The notes beneath the pieces were generated by a model. That model was not told where the DNA came from, ran no database searches, and saw nothing but the letters and a program-made list of their open reading frames with translations. Below, in pieces: positions 9,869-21,855 of a DNA stretch of 64,000 nt. Where the stretch lies: the NCBI RefSeq assembly GCF_006345805.1, contig NC_042998.1, positions 165,726,001-165,790,000 on the forward strand, written 5' to 3'. This DNA is from Octopus sinensis (lineage: Eukaryota). A program made the translations under genes and the position numbers. Position 1 is the stretch's first letter. Each line of letters opens with the position of its first letter.

Positions 9869-10170
9869 GTAAGTATATTGATTAATCTGAACACTTGAAA
9901 ATCTAATTTGTCTGCGTGGTTCTCAAAGTTATATGATACTTTCTAGATCAATTTATAATTTGGTACATTTATATTTATAATCTGTTGCGTGTATCTGATC
10001 CACCAAAAGAACATAGTCACATAATTTAGGATAAAGACTTTTTTAGTAAAGAAAAGAAAACGGAAGCAGTTAAGATGCAATATATTTCAATGTATGTTTG
10101 AATAAAAACTACACTTACATTGAAGGAAAATGTAATTATTTAATTATATTATATTATTTCTTAATTTCAG

Positions 10171-10353
10171 GGCGATTCTGGTGGTCCTTTAATGTGTGAA
10201 GTGAATGGAACTTACTATCTCGGCGGTGTCATGTCCTGGCTTATCAACAACTGTTCAGCAAGAGGTTTCCCCAACGTATTTACTCGCGTACAAAGTTACC
10301 TGGACTGGATACATGGTAACATTGATTACTATCACTGGTGGCGCTACAGTTAG
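10171..10353 (+). CDS. S1 serine protease, last coding exon containing the catalytic Ser
   Basis: TTTCAG acceptor ending at 10170. GDSGGPLMCEVNGTYYLGGVMSWLINNCSARGFPNVFTRVQSYLDWIHGNIDYYHWWRYS*, TAG at 10351-10353. GDSGGP is the Ser195 motif. Confidence 0.96.
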   Translation, partial: GDSGGPLMCEVNGTYYLGGVMSWLINNCSARGFPNVFTRVQSYLDWIHGNIDYYHWWRYS

Positions 10354-10398
10354 ACACCGGTATTTCTAGAATATAGCGACTTATGAAATTTAAAACAA

Positions 10399-10404
10399 AT
10401 TAAA
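10399..10404 (+). promoter_or_regulatory. Candidate polyadenylation signal (ATTAAA) of the protease gene
   Basis: First ATTAAA hexamer, about 45 nt after the stop codon. Positional inference only. Confidence 0.3.
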
Positions 10405-10811
10405 GTAAAACATTGGATACAGTAGTAAGGAACCAAATACTACCACTGTTGTATCAAAGATATATTTATATGACAATAAGCGTATATATATGTATATGTT
10501 TTGGTGATTGAAATCTTTCACGAACAACTGCAGTTTACATATTGCTCTTTGGAGACAAAGAGATAGTAAACAACAAAAACAATTGAAATGAAAATTTTCA
10601 AAAGAAAATAATGCAAAAAAAATTGGATGGACGGTGATTGAAATATTGTGATAAAAACATATTTTTGAAGTTTAATGAAAATTCATCGATTTCTAATCGA
10701 TAAAAAACTGTTACTTGAAGTGTATTTTGTAAAAATGAAATATTACAACGTTTTTTAAAAATTATATCAAATAAACATCATCCCGCTGTATTAAAAAAAT
10801 ACTTGAAATGC

Positions 10812-10842
<31 letters not shown>

Positions 10843-11439
10843 TATATATTATATAATACACACACATGTGCACACAACTAAAGTTGATGTGTTGCAGACA
10901 GCGCAAAAATATATTTATTCTTAAATAATCAAGAGATGGCAAATATAATGATGCTGCCACTTAAAGCATTTTAAGCATAAGTTGGAATTATTTCACTGTG
11001 TGATACACATGTAAATATTACGAAACCAGTGGAGTGTTGGTAGATAATTAATCAAACTAACACCAAAGATTTTAGTTTGATCTATTAACACATAAACATG
11101 CATTTTTGTTCTTACAGTAATCAGGCTTTCAATTTGTATATGTGCACGTCTTTGACGATATAAGAATTCAACAGTACAAAAAAAATGATTTTATATTTAT
11201 ACGTGGGCATGAGCGTGTATGAATACGCATATGTGTGATTTTCAAATGCATTCCTAAATTTAAGTATTCTTAATAATTTAGTGCATAGAATATGTTCAAA
11301 GAACGATTATTCATTATTTGTATTTCAATTTTTTTCGTTCTTTCCATAACTTAAGTACTCTATTTTTTTTAAATCTCAACCGTTCTGAATTTCATCCTCT
11401 AATTGTCTTTATAAATGAATTTTCTCTACTTTCTATTTT

Positions 11440-11596
<157 letters not shown>

Positions 11597-12108
11597 CGCT
11601 CTCTTCCATATCTTTTTCTAGTTTCTTTCATCCGATCAGTTTTCTGCTGACATTTAATTATATTCTGATGTTATATCCTAATCCGTGCGTAACGTTACGA
11701 TCGTTATATACCACGCACGCGCACACACGCACGCACACACGCGCGCGCGCATATCTATAAGTTATGAAAACTATCTAAGACACCATACCCTGCCGGCTAG
11801 GGTGCATTTACATCAGTAACATAAATTAAACTGTTTCAATAATTATCCAGAGAAAATGTATCGCTCTTTTTACTACTTTTTCATTAGTTTATATATTTTT
11901 TTAATAAAATTATACTAAACTTTCTTCTTCCGTATTACCATTACAAAGTGAATGTGCTAAATGACAGTGTATGTATTTAAAAAACTTTAATTTATCAGAA
12001 GATTGTGATATATATATATTATATATAATGTCCGATTCATAAATCAGAAAAATTGACCATGCACCGTATATGTAACAAAGTATGTAACCTTAATACAAAG
12101 TTCCTTGT

Positions 12109-12398
12109 ATTACAGACAGACAATGATACCAATTGGTTTCATGCAAAATTAAACCTCCTTACTAGGAAGAGAGATCGTGCGATTGTAGGGAATGTTTGAA
12201 AAGAAAATGTAAAACTAGAACTCTTTTGCGTGGAAGATGCAAAAATTATTTCGGGTTAGACAGAACATGTTTGCATCTTCAGAGCAGAGAATTTCAAGCT
12301 ATACATTTTCTTGTCAAGCATTTCCGACAATTGAAAAATCAGCCTTCCTTTCTAAGAAGGTTTAATTCCATCGGAAACAAATAACATTTGTCTGTAAT
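12109..12398. repeat. Old imperfect fold-back palindrome (about 290 bp, centre near 12254)
   Basis: The left arm ATTACAGACA...AATTAAACCTCCTT...TGTAGGGAATGTTTGAAAAGAAAATGTA...GAAGATGCAAA matches the reverse complement of the right arm at roughly three quarters of positions by eye. Confidence 0.7.
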
Positions 12399-12442
12399 TC
12401 ATAGTTCTAAATTTATAATAATTTTGTAAGTGTGCATGCGTG

Positions 12443-12501
<59 letters not shown>

Positions 12502-13289
12502 ATATATATATTTACTATATATAAATGTGTGTGTGTGTGTTACATATTTATAGAACAAGTTTTGATGGAAACATTTTTTAACTATTCATTGTGATTTCGT
12601 ATTCGATATTTAAAAGCGAAAATAATTTTTTTCGTGCAAATATAATGGAGGTTTCTTTTTCCGTAACGAATCAATAAATCCCCAAAGTGGTAGATTCTTG
12701 AATATCTCTTACTAATAATGATACACATTAAAGTAACCATTCCAATAAAATCATATGTTCTTAAGCAGATTAAAATACTTAAACATTTGATGTATCTTTT
12801 CGTTAGTAAATTTAGAACGAGGCTGAATATTTAAATTCAGTCTCATGCAAAGGATGGATCAGCATTTCTTCACTGGAAATCATTTGATTTTCTGGTTATT
12901 AAGCTATTTCTCTAAAATACATGAATTTCGATTTGTTTTTTCTTTGTTCTATGATCTTTTAAAGACATTAAACAAATGGATCAAATGTTTTCTTGAAGAA
13001 AATTTCTTTATGTATCAAGCACCTTTAGTTATCTGGCTTATTAATATTTAAAGCAGAAATTTTAAAAGGCGACTTATTTACAAACCTCCGTCCTAATCAT
13101 TTATATATTACATATGGGAAGCTGTGGTTATGAGGAATGCATGCGCTAAATATTATAGGTCACTGTAATGAACATATTGATCGATCAACGTGAGAAATAC
13201 GAAAGAACGCTTGTGGAACCTAAATGGAGATAATGAAAATATCACTCCATTGTAGACATAATACGGATTTTTAACAGCGATAAGAGACC

Positions 13290-13460
13290 ATAAATTTTGG
13301 AGAAAGAAATTGTCGATTTAATTGACCTAGTACTTGACTAGTATTTATTTTATCGACACCAGAAGGGTGAAAGAAATTGAAGGAGGATTTTAACTCAGAA
13401 CGTCAAGGAACGTAATTAAATGCAACAAGGGATTTTGTCTGCCAGTTTACTGATTCGAAC
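13290..13460 (-). mobile_element. Family A SINE fragment
   Basis: Reverse complement of the family A core (TATTTATTTTATCGAC...AACTCAGAACGT). Confidence 0.7.
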
Positions 13461-13464
13461 ATGT

Positions 13465-13775
13465 ACGCTAAGTCAGTTATGTAGTTGTTGGGATGTTGCT
13501 CTCACAATCGTGAGATCATTGCTTCGAGTCCCGGACCGAGCGGTGAGTTGTACTCTTGAGCAAAACACTATATTTCAAGTTGCTCTGAGATCACGGCGAC
13601 AGCTGGCGTGTGCATCTGTACTGGCAATGTCGATTTAATGGAGGGAGTAAGCTGTGTAAATGTGTAGCACATACATTTGATCGCTATAAACAAATCATCT
13701 GTGCAAGTTGTTCAGCAAGAAATTGCTGAGCCCTCATCTGTCGTCTACGACAGGAGAGTCCACGAGAGTCCACGT
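13465..13775 (+). mobile_element. tRNA-headed SINE, family C-like
   Basis: tRNA-like head (CTTCGAGTCCC) and TTGAGCAAAACACT motif. The 3' part AAATCATCTGTG...GTTCAGCAAGAAATTG...ACAGGAGAGTC recurs at about 59150-59220. Confidence 0.65.
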
Positions 13776-13876
13776 TTAAAAGTAAACTTTTGATTGTGTA
13801 CTTCTAGTGCAGCTGAGATTAGTTTTTTTGTTGGGCACACTTATTGTATCATCCTTTTCAGACTAATGTGTATCAG

Positions 13877-14042
13877 CAGGGCCGGCTCTAAGGTTGCTGG
13901 TGCCCCGGGCAAACTGAACTTCGGCGTGTGCAAGGTGATGGTCGTGGAAATTTATTCGTCTTTGTCACGCTCTCCTTGGCGCTTCCTAGTACATAGCGCC
14001 CCAGGCGACTGCCCGAGCTGTCGGTATCTTGAGCTGGCCCTG
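13877..14042. mobile_element. hAT-type MITE (166 bp)
   Basis: TIRs CAGGGCCGGCTCTAAG / CTTGAGCTGGCCCTG, with an 8-bp TSD matching at 7 of 8 positions (TGTATCAG / TGTGTCAG). Confidence 0.85.
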
Positions 14043-14254
14043 TGTGTCAGTAACAAACTGCTAAGTGTGTAGTTCAAATTTCTGAACAGAATTTGACATG
14101 AAAGTAGTTTTAATTTCAAGTCAACTTTCAGTAATCAAGTTCAACAATCTTATAGAAAGAACAAACTGCATATTTACTTAGACTAAAAATGTTTTTCGTT
14201 TATATCATACAAATATGAACTCATGAATTCTAATTTGTAACATTTGTCTAGAAA

Positions 14255-14470
14255 GGCGGCGAGCTGGCAGAATCGTTAGCACACTGGGAAAAATGTTTCA
14301 TGGCATTTTGTCTGTCTTCACGTTCAAAATTCAAATTCTACCGAGATCGACTTCGCCTTTCATCCTTTTGGAGCTGATAAAATAAGTACCAGTTGAACAC
14401 TGGGGTCGATGTAATTGACTTACCTCCTCCCATGAAATTACTGGCCCTCTGCCAAAATTTGAAACCGATA
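14255..14470 (+). mobile_element. Family A SINE
   Basis: GGCGGCGAGCTGGCAGAATCGTTAGC head, conserved core, GCCAAAATTTGAAACC tail. Confidence 0.85.
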
Positions 14471-15089
14471 TTTGTGTCTATATATCTTAGTTTGATTTCT
14501 TCATTCTGAGGTTACTCATCTCAAAATAGCAATGACAAAAATAAGTCAAGTGTTGGTAACTTATAAAATATAGTTATAAAATACGTTATGTTAAAGAAAC
14601 TATTTAAACTGTGAATATTTAGAAAACGAAACAAAATGTTATCTGAAACAGGTAACATCTGAACCGTTATATATGTATGGCTGTGTGTGTAATATTTGTG
14701 TACTGGTTATATAAAATCTATATGTAAAGTATGTGCAAGTTTTTAACATGAATTCAAAGATATATTTAATAAATTTGTAATTATAAAATGCTTGAATAAA
14801 CTTTTTAAAATTGATACCTCTTTTTCATTTTGCATCTTCAAAATTTAATTCCTATTCTTTTTTCATTCATTTTTCTTTCTTTCCTTTCCTATGTAATTCA
14901 TATTTGAAAAATATTCTATAAGGAAAATGCGTTTGAGTCACAGAGGCGAAGTACTTAATAACTTGTATATTGGCGTTAATTTGACAACCGCAAGTAAATT
15001 ATATACACACTACATTTTGTGAGATAATTAGAAAATTTACTGTTTCTACTACACTTTATGACATATTTTAACTGGTGCTTCATCATAAT

Positions 15090-16465
15090 GATGTTCAACC
15101 AGCCTTATTCCAAGACCTGCAGGTTTGTGATTCGTTTACGCACAGGATTTTATAAAAGCAGCGTTGTTGGGACAACTTCTAGTGTGCGAATGTAACAGTA
15201 ATTATCGTCTAGCATTCAGACCGTGTATTTTGGATGACTGCATGTTTAAACTTTGATTGTCAAAATGTCTTTACCAGTCCAATTAACATGTAAAAGCGTC
15301 AAAAGGTTTTTGCCTGAACTCTATCAGTTGAGAATTTCCATCTTCGGACAATATACGCTTTTATTATTTTTTTTCTTGTAGCATCAGAGTGCTTCTTGAA
15401 GTGGCATAGCCGTTTCTCTTCTATTTTAACTGGAGACACACAAAATTACTAAGGTACATTTTTGGACAAGTACTTATGGTGAGAGCGATATCTTTGGTGT
15501 TAACACCACAAAGTCTGCATCGATTTTACATTTTACTGTTTTCCCTGCATCCCTGTCTCTTTTGTGCCACAGGTATTTGATAGATATTTCCTATTCCTGG
15601 ATTGCAAACGCATACCCTTCAAAGTGGGAGGTAGTAATCCGGTTGTTGGTCCATGATAAGCTGCTTTGATGATCAATGTTACTATCATCTCGGAGCTTTC
15701 TACTAATATATCCATGCATAGTCTTCTGCTCATATACGCTCATCCTTCCATCTGATAATACGCTGCGGTAGGATCGTGCGACTTCTTTGGGTATGTATTT
15801 AAGGTTTTCAGACAAGGAATGCTGCTCAAGGGGCTGCCTTCCAAGTCTTATGATGTCATCAGCTTCGTGTATGCAAACTTGGTCAAGCGATGCACTTCGA
15901 CATTTGGTGGTTAAAAGATGCTGCCGAGAGGATATGATACGACATTCAAAGGCATTCTGGATTGATGTTAAGCCTCTGCTGCCTTGTTATTGTTTTAGGT
16001 AGAGACGGTTTACAGCATTGTTGATGTGGAAATTATGTGTGCTTGTTAGTATTTTCCAGGTTTTCATATCAATACCTCGGATCTCATCAAGCATCCAATC
16101 AAGTATCCAATGAGTTCCGAGGTCCAAATTTTCTTTATTCGGTTGTAATATTCTTTTATGACAGGTGTTTTATTACAGGTGCCATTGTAAGATATGTTTT
16201 CATCCACCCCTAGACACCTGTAACATTCCTCATCAGATACAGGGGAAAGAGTCGAGGCACTGATGAAGATGTTGCTAGTCTGGTTTACAGTTTTCCCTCT
16301 TTTCACAATCGTATAACAACATTCATCCTAACAAAACTCCAACTCTACATCGTTTGAGAATGTTGTAACTAGGTTAAGGTTCTTTTTCATCTCATGCATA
16401 TTCTTTGCATAAAGTTTCAAGTTATCCACAAAGAAACAGCGTACAATTTGGGTATTTTATCTTTC
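15090..16465 (-). mobile_element. Degenerate 5'-truncated R4/Dong-like (restriction-like endonuclease) non-LTR retrotransposon
   Basis: Minus-strand broken frames give LFFVDNLKLYAK (YADD-equivalent), YRCLGVDENISYNG...KEYYNRIKKIWTSEL, MHGYI...EGYAFAIQEQEISTKYL, and the CCHC knuckle CRLCGVNTKDIAHHISTCP. Confidence 0.8.
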
Positions 16466-16469
16466 ACAT

Positions 16470-16835
16470 ATTTCAGTCGTTGTACTGCAGTAAAACTGGG
16501 ACACCACCTTAAAAGGTTCAGTCGAACAGATTGACTCCAATATTAATTTATTTATTTGAAGTTTGATACTTATTCTATCAGAATCTTTTGCCGATAAGTC
16601 AGCACTTGTTATAAAGCGGTAGTGGAGAAAAAATACTATACACACACACACGTGTGTGTGTGTATATGTATGATGCATATGTGTATATATATATATATAT
16701 ATGCGACGGGATTCTTTTAATTCCTGTCTATCAAACCCACTCACAAGGCTTTGGTGAGCCCGGGACTACAGTAGAAGATACTTGCAGAAGGTGCCACGCA
16801 GTGAGACTGAACCCGGAATCATGTGGGCTTGTTGT
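16470..16835 (-). mobile_element. Family B SINE
   Basis: Reverse complement of the 4967-5345 head and tail, with an internal CA/TA microsatellite. Confidence 0.75.
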
Positions 16836-17155
16836 CGATGTGTGTGTGTAGGCAATGATCAAGAGAAGTTGTTATGATTTAAATTAGAGGAACTTCTTTC
16901 TCTTTTTTTTTCTGAGTGAAAAAGAAAAATTATATAATTTCCATAACTTATGGTCTACTTGTTAGGATTCCTGGCTTTCTCCTAAGCAATCCGAATTGAA
17001 TTCTAGGCATGGCATAGGAATGTAACTTATTTAATTTCTATATACAATTTCTGTATATATTGGCGGTGCCCCCAGCATGGCTACAGTCTCTGGCTGAAAC
17101 CAGTTAAAGAATAATTGTGTAATAACGAATTACACTTTCAATCTCTGTAAAAGAT

Positions 17156-17273
17156 ACAGGCGTAGCTGTGAGATTAAAATTGCTTCGCAACCATGTGGTC
17201 TTGGGTTCAGTCCCACCGCGCGATACCTTGTACAAGTGTCTTCTGCTAAATAACGAATTTTACCCAAACTGAA

Positions 17274-17329
<56 letters not shown>

Positions 17330-17660
17330 TGTGTCTGTGTCTGTGTGTGTTTGTGTGTGTTTGTGTGTGTGAGTGTGTGTGTGTGTGTGTGTGTGGTGTG
17401 TGTGTGTGTGTGTGTGTGTGTCTTTGTGGTTATGTTTGCCCTTCACAATCGTTTCACAACCGGTGTTGGCTTGTTTACGTCCCCATAACTAAGAATTTCG
17501 GTAAAAAAAAAAAAAAGACTGATAGAATAAGTACCAGTCTTTAAAAAATTAGCACTGGGAGTTGATTCATTTGACTAAGTCCTTGAAAGCAGTGCCCCAG
17601 CAAGGCCGCAGTCCAATTACTGACACAAGTAAAAAGTCAATGAAAAGATAAAAGATAAGA
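17156..17660 (+). mobile_element. Family B SINE with long internal (TG)n
   Basis: CAGGCGTAGCTGTG head, GGGTTCAGTCCC, (TG)n at 17273-17420, CCCCAGCAAGGCCGCAGTC tail. Confidence 0.8.
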
Positions 17661-17877
17661 AAACAAAGTTGATGGAAGTACCGATTATTATAACGTTAAG
17701 CGAATCTAATTTTACAGAAATGGATCGAGTTAGGAAGAAAATTCCTTTGTCAAGAAACGGTAATAAGGAACTATTGAATTAAATGGAAATGAATTTAAAA
17801 ATCGAATTTATTTCGTTTTTGTATCTGGTTTGCAAGATTTTTTATGTGAATTCGCGTGTGAAAACAAATTTTGTTGT

Positions 17878-18345
17878 ATTGTCTTAATGCCTTATCTAAC
17901 ACACGCACCGGTTAGATTTCCACTCATTTAGCTGGCAGAAACGTTAGCACGCCGGGCGAAATGCGTAGCCGTATTTCGTCTGTCGTTACCTTCTGAGTTC
18001 AAATTCCACCGAGGTCGACTTTGCCTTTCATCCTTTCGGGGTCGATAATTAAAGTACCAGTTTCCAACTGGGGTCGATGTAATCGACTTAATCCCTTTGT
18101 CTGTCCTTGTTTGTCCCCTCTATGTTTAGCCCCTTGTGGGCAGTAAAGAAATACATTTATTATTTACTTTTTTTTTTCCTTTTAAAAATTTTCGTTGCTT
18201 TTGCAACCTTGTCACTGGATGTTGACTCTCATCCATTGACAAGGTTGCAAAAGCAACGAAAATTTTTGGAAGAAAAAAATATATATTTATAAATAATGAG
18301 TAGAAACCGAAATGGAGAGTGTGTTAGATAAGGCATTAAAACAAT
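17878..18345. repeat. Fold-back palindrome (8-nt spacer at 18222-18229) with a SINE inserted in the left arm
   Basis: ATTGTCTTAATGCCTTATCTAACACAC...TTTTCGTTGCTTTTGCAACCTTGTCACTGGATG pairs with CATCCATTGACAAGGTTGCAAAAGCAACGAAAA...GTGTGTTAGATAAGGCATTAAAACAAT once 17930-18153 is removed. Confidence 0.85.
17930..18153 (+). mobile_element. Young, CpG-rich family A SINE nested in the palindrome
   Basis: Near-consensus core. A short CATTT(A) duplication flanks it. Confidence 0.9.
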
Positions 18346-19044
18346 CTGACTCTCCCCAGAAACATCGAATTTATCAGACACCAAATTGTGGGTAAAGGGA
18401 GATAACTTGCTAATGAGTTACTGCGCTTACAGCTTAAGAAAATGACGTGACATGAACAAAACATTTTTTTTTTTAATTTACTAGCTTATATCTGTTTTAG
18501 CAAATGATTTGTACATATTTTCACATGCATTGTATTTTATCTTTCTATTTCAGGCTTAGTTGTTAGATGCTTTTTAAAATGTTAATGCTTTTAAATGTTC
18601 ACTGAGACCTAAGTAAAGACGGATAAAACGACTAAAGCTGAGATTTTGTTTTTTGTTTTTGTTTTGTTTTTCTTTGATATTTTGTTTTATTATTTTGTTA
18701 ATTCCTTACAAAGAAGTAAGATCAAAAATGACATAACTTGAAACAACATAAACTGAAGTGTATCTGTATCGAGAAATTCATTTCATTTAGATCTCTCATG
18801 AAATAGTTGTATCAATATCGGGAAAAGAATAAAAACTCGTTTTACGTTCACCATTACTTTGAAGTTGGCTTTAATGTCACATTTCTCACAATTTTTGTGC
18901 GCTAAGATCATACACTTTTGATAGAAAATTAGCGACTTGCCATTGGCCACTGCCCATGCCACAGAAAATAGCATTAAAACCAACCATACTTTATGATACT
19001 TTCACCTAAAATAGATAACCTTTATTTCTAGCACTTCAGAACTT

Positions 19045-19350
19045 ATATAACACCTCCAGAATAACTTTCTTTCTTTCTCGCCCTTTTCAAGCCTAGCCAG
19101 GCTCATGGGCCCGATTTCCTGGTTTCTGTGGCAGTCCATCGCAGCGTTACCCAAGAAACAGGAAGAAAGAGTGAGAGAAAGTTGGGGCAATAGAGTACAA
19201 CAGGGGTCGCCACCACCCCCTGCCGGAGCCTCATGGAGTTTTAGGTGTTTTTGCTCAATAATCACACACAACGCCCAGTCTGGGAATCGAAACCACGATC
19301 CTCCAACCGCGAGTCCGCTACCCTAACCACTGGGCCATTGCACCTCAACC
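19045..19350 (-). mobile_element. Internally deleted family C-type SINE
   Basis: The minus strand has a tRNA-like head (GGCCCAGTGGTTAGGG...GGTTTCGATTCCC) and an (AAAG)n-type tail. Confidence 0.6.
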
Positions 19351-19828
19351 CTCCAGAATTACAGTATCTCTAAATAAGTGCATACAAATGTTAAGAACAT
19401 TCAAAGAAAATTTTGTCTCTGTAAGCCTGTCTAGGAAATTACACCAAATGTCTGGTAATATGGGTTTCTTGAGAAGACCTGCTCACCTCAGCGAAAGTGA
19501 GTTCTGGAAGTGCTGTGTGTTCCACCCACATGTAACATTAAAAAAGATTTTTTTTTACATATACCCTACCCCATTAAACCAAACTACATCTACCCTCCTC
19601 CTCTTTCTCACATTTCCTCTTTTTTTTTGTGCATTATGCTTATCTCTCTCTTCCCACTTCTGCAACCCAATCCTGTCCTCACTACCCTGCCCACTGTATC
19701 ATTGCTACCCCATTGTGTCCACACCCTCTGTGTACCTAGGTTTCACCAATCACAGCATTCCCCCACTTCCCCCTTCTTTGCATTCCTCTGAACTCCCTAC
19801 TCATGCACCCTTAGCAATACTCAACCAT

Positions 19829-20205
19829 CTAATTTATATTCTCATCCCTGTACCTTGAGAGTATACCTTGACACACCACTACTATCTCTCTCACTCTTGT
19901 TCTCTTTCACTCTCTCTCTCTCTCCTTCCAACTATTGTAACCATACATCTCCTCCACAACAAGACACTTGCTTCTGTCCATTGTCATATGCTAATTTATA
20001 TTCTCATCCATGTATTTTGAGAGTATGTCCTGGCATATCACCATTATATCTCTCTGGTTCTCTTCCACTCTCGCTTTCTCTCATTCTCTCTCTCTCTCCC
20101 CTTCTCTCTTTCTCCCTCACTCTCTCTCTCTCTCTCTCTCTCTCTGGTAACCATGTATCTCCTCTATAGCAAGACACCTGCTTCAGCCCTTCTGTCATAT
20201 TCTAA
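19829..20205. repeat. Two tandem diverged units of about 170-210 bp, each with a CT-rich tract
   Basis: CTAATTTATATTCTCATCC..TGAGAGTAT...(CT)n..GTAACCAT..ATCTCCTC..CAAGACAC.TGCTTC..TGTCATAT occurs twice. Confidence 0.65.
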
Positions 20206-20279
20206 TATTTCATCACCAGACACAAAGTCACTTCCTCCAGTACACCCACCTCTCAAAGGATATTTGTCTTGCCAGTTAC

Positions 20280-20792
20280 TTGATGTCTTTGTTGATGCTG
20301 ATGCCATGTAAAAAGCATCCAGTCAACACTCAAACGTGGCTGGTGTTTGGAAGGACATCCAGCTGTAAAAAAAATTCATGCCAAAGCAGACATCACTTGT
20401 TCTGGTGCCATCTAAAAACCACCTGGCCCAATCTGTAAAGTGATGAGCATTAAGACAGGCACCCAGCTAAAAAACGCCATGCCAAAACAGACCTCACCAG
20501 TGCTGGTGTCATGTGAAAAGCACCCTGTCCACTCTGTAAGCTGTAGAATTGTTGGCATTAAGAAGGGCATCTAACCGTATAAAGCTATATCAAAGCAAAC
20601 CTCACCAGTGCTGGCATCACATGGAAAGTATCCAGTCTACTCTGTAAAATGGTTGGCATTAGGAAGGGTATTCAACTGAAAAACCATGCTAAAACAGTGG
20701 AGGTTGCTGCAGTCCTCTGGTTTACCAGCTCCTGTCAAGCCATCAAACCCGTGCCAGCATGGAAAACAAACATAGAATGATGATGATGGAGG
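20280..20792 (+). mobile_element. Non-coding RTE 3'-tail derivative with four units of about 95 bp and a (GAT)n end
   Basis: Repeating GCTGGTGCCA.GTAAAAAGCA.CC...GGCATTA.GAAGGGCATC unit. The end CCC.TGCCAGCATGGAAA...GATGATGATG is shared with the RTE tail at about 51050-51194. Confidence 0.7.
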
Positions 20793-21134
20793 CAGGTTAG
20801 AGAGGATCTTTAAGTCCTGATGTGAAAACATCTCTAGTGCTAGTGGTGCAATAAAATACACCCAGACTGCACTGTGAAGATTGGTGATAAGAAGGGCTTT
20901 GATCATCAATAAAAAAAACCTTGTCAAAAGGTGAAGAAATTCAGAAAATGTGGACTCTGCAACCTGTATCATAGGTTACACATCTACAAGAATGGTAACT
21001 CTAGACAAAAACTTACACAGCATGCAGGAGTCTGTTTAATCTTGCTGCTGATGTTTCTAATGCTTGTAGCATAAAATGCACCCAGTTCATGATCTGGTGA
21101 AGGAAGGGATGCTATGCAAAAAAGCACAACCACC

Positions 21135-21560
21135 AAAGTCGCTAGTTACCTTAGTTGTTGTGTGTGCTGAGTGACTAAGGACAAAAAAAAACCTGGCACT
21201 CCATTGGTTACAACAACAAGGGTTCCAGTTGTTCTGATCAAAGGAACAGCCTGCTCATGAAATTAGCATACAAGTGGCTGAGCACTCCACAGACACACAT
21301 ACCCTTAATGTAGTTCTCAGAGTGACTCAGCATGACACAGGATGTGACAAGGCTGGCACTTTGAAATACAGGTACTACACATTTTTGCCAGCTGAGTGGA
21401 CTGGAGCACTATCAAATAAAGTGTCTTGCTCAAAGACACAATGTAGTATTGAACTCGCAATCTTATGATATTGAACTCACAACTTTGTGATTGAGCCTGG
21501 TTACTGAACTCACAGCCTTACAATTGAGCCAAATATCTAACCACCAAGCCGTACACCTTC
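21135..21560 (-). mobile_element. Family C-type SINE, CpG-decayed
   Basis: Contains the GCTGAGTGGACTGGAGC...AAAGTGTCTTGCTCAAAGACACA core shared with 34270-34325. Confidence 0.65.
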
Positions 21561-21855
21561 ACACTAAGGACCACAACAAAACGTGTAACATTGTGAGACC
21601 CATCCATCATATAAAAAAAGGTATAATATAGTGATTGCAAGAATCCATATCGCATGCAAACATTACACAGACCCAGCTGATTCTCTTCCTTTTGAAAACA
21701 ACTTCTCATAATGCTTGCCATGATTGATTGGAGTTGCTTTTCTAACATAAAATATACCACTGTTATAAAGTTAGGAAAGCAACCAAGGCCTTAAATAAAA
21801 TTTAAATGAATGCCAAATGTACATCATCATCATCATCATCATCACCGTTATCATT

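Noticed and set aside
12166-12384. Open frame EERSCDCRECLKRKCKTRTLLRGRCKNYFGLDRTC... with defensin-like C-x4-C-x9-C-x9-C spacing after a possible acceptor
   Set aside because: It lies wholly within an imperfect palindrome whose other strand gives a similar CRKCLTRKC peptide, so the pattern is explained by the repeat. No signal-peptide exon was found. RNA-seq junction reads at 12166 would reopen it.
14255-14340. tRNA-like sequences at SINE 5' ends
   Set aside because: They have A/B-box-like motifs but no complete cloverleaf and continue into SINE bodies, so they are not tRNA genes.
20280-20700. Regularly spaced repeats of about 95 bp superficially like a CRISPR array (also 50800-51030 and 55950-56280)
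   Set aside because: Eukaryotic context, the whole units are homologous with no unique spacers, and they are part of RTE 3' tails.
21600-21800. Possible mariner transposase N-terminal remnant on minus
   Set aside because: Similarity is limited to a few residues and no paired TIRs were found.
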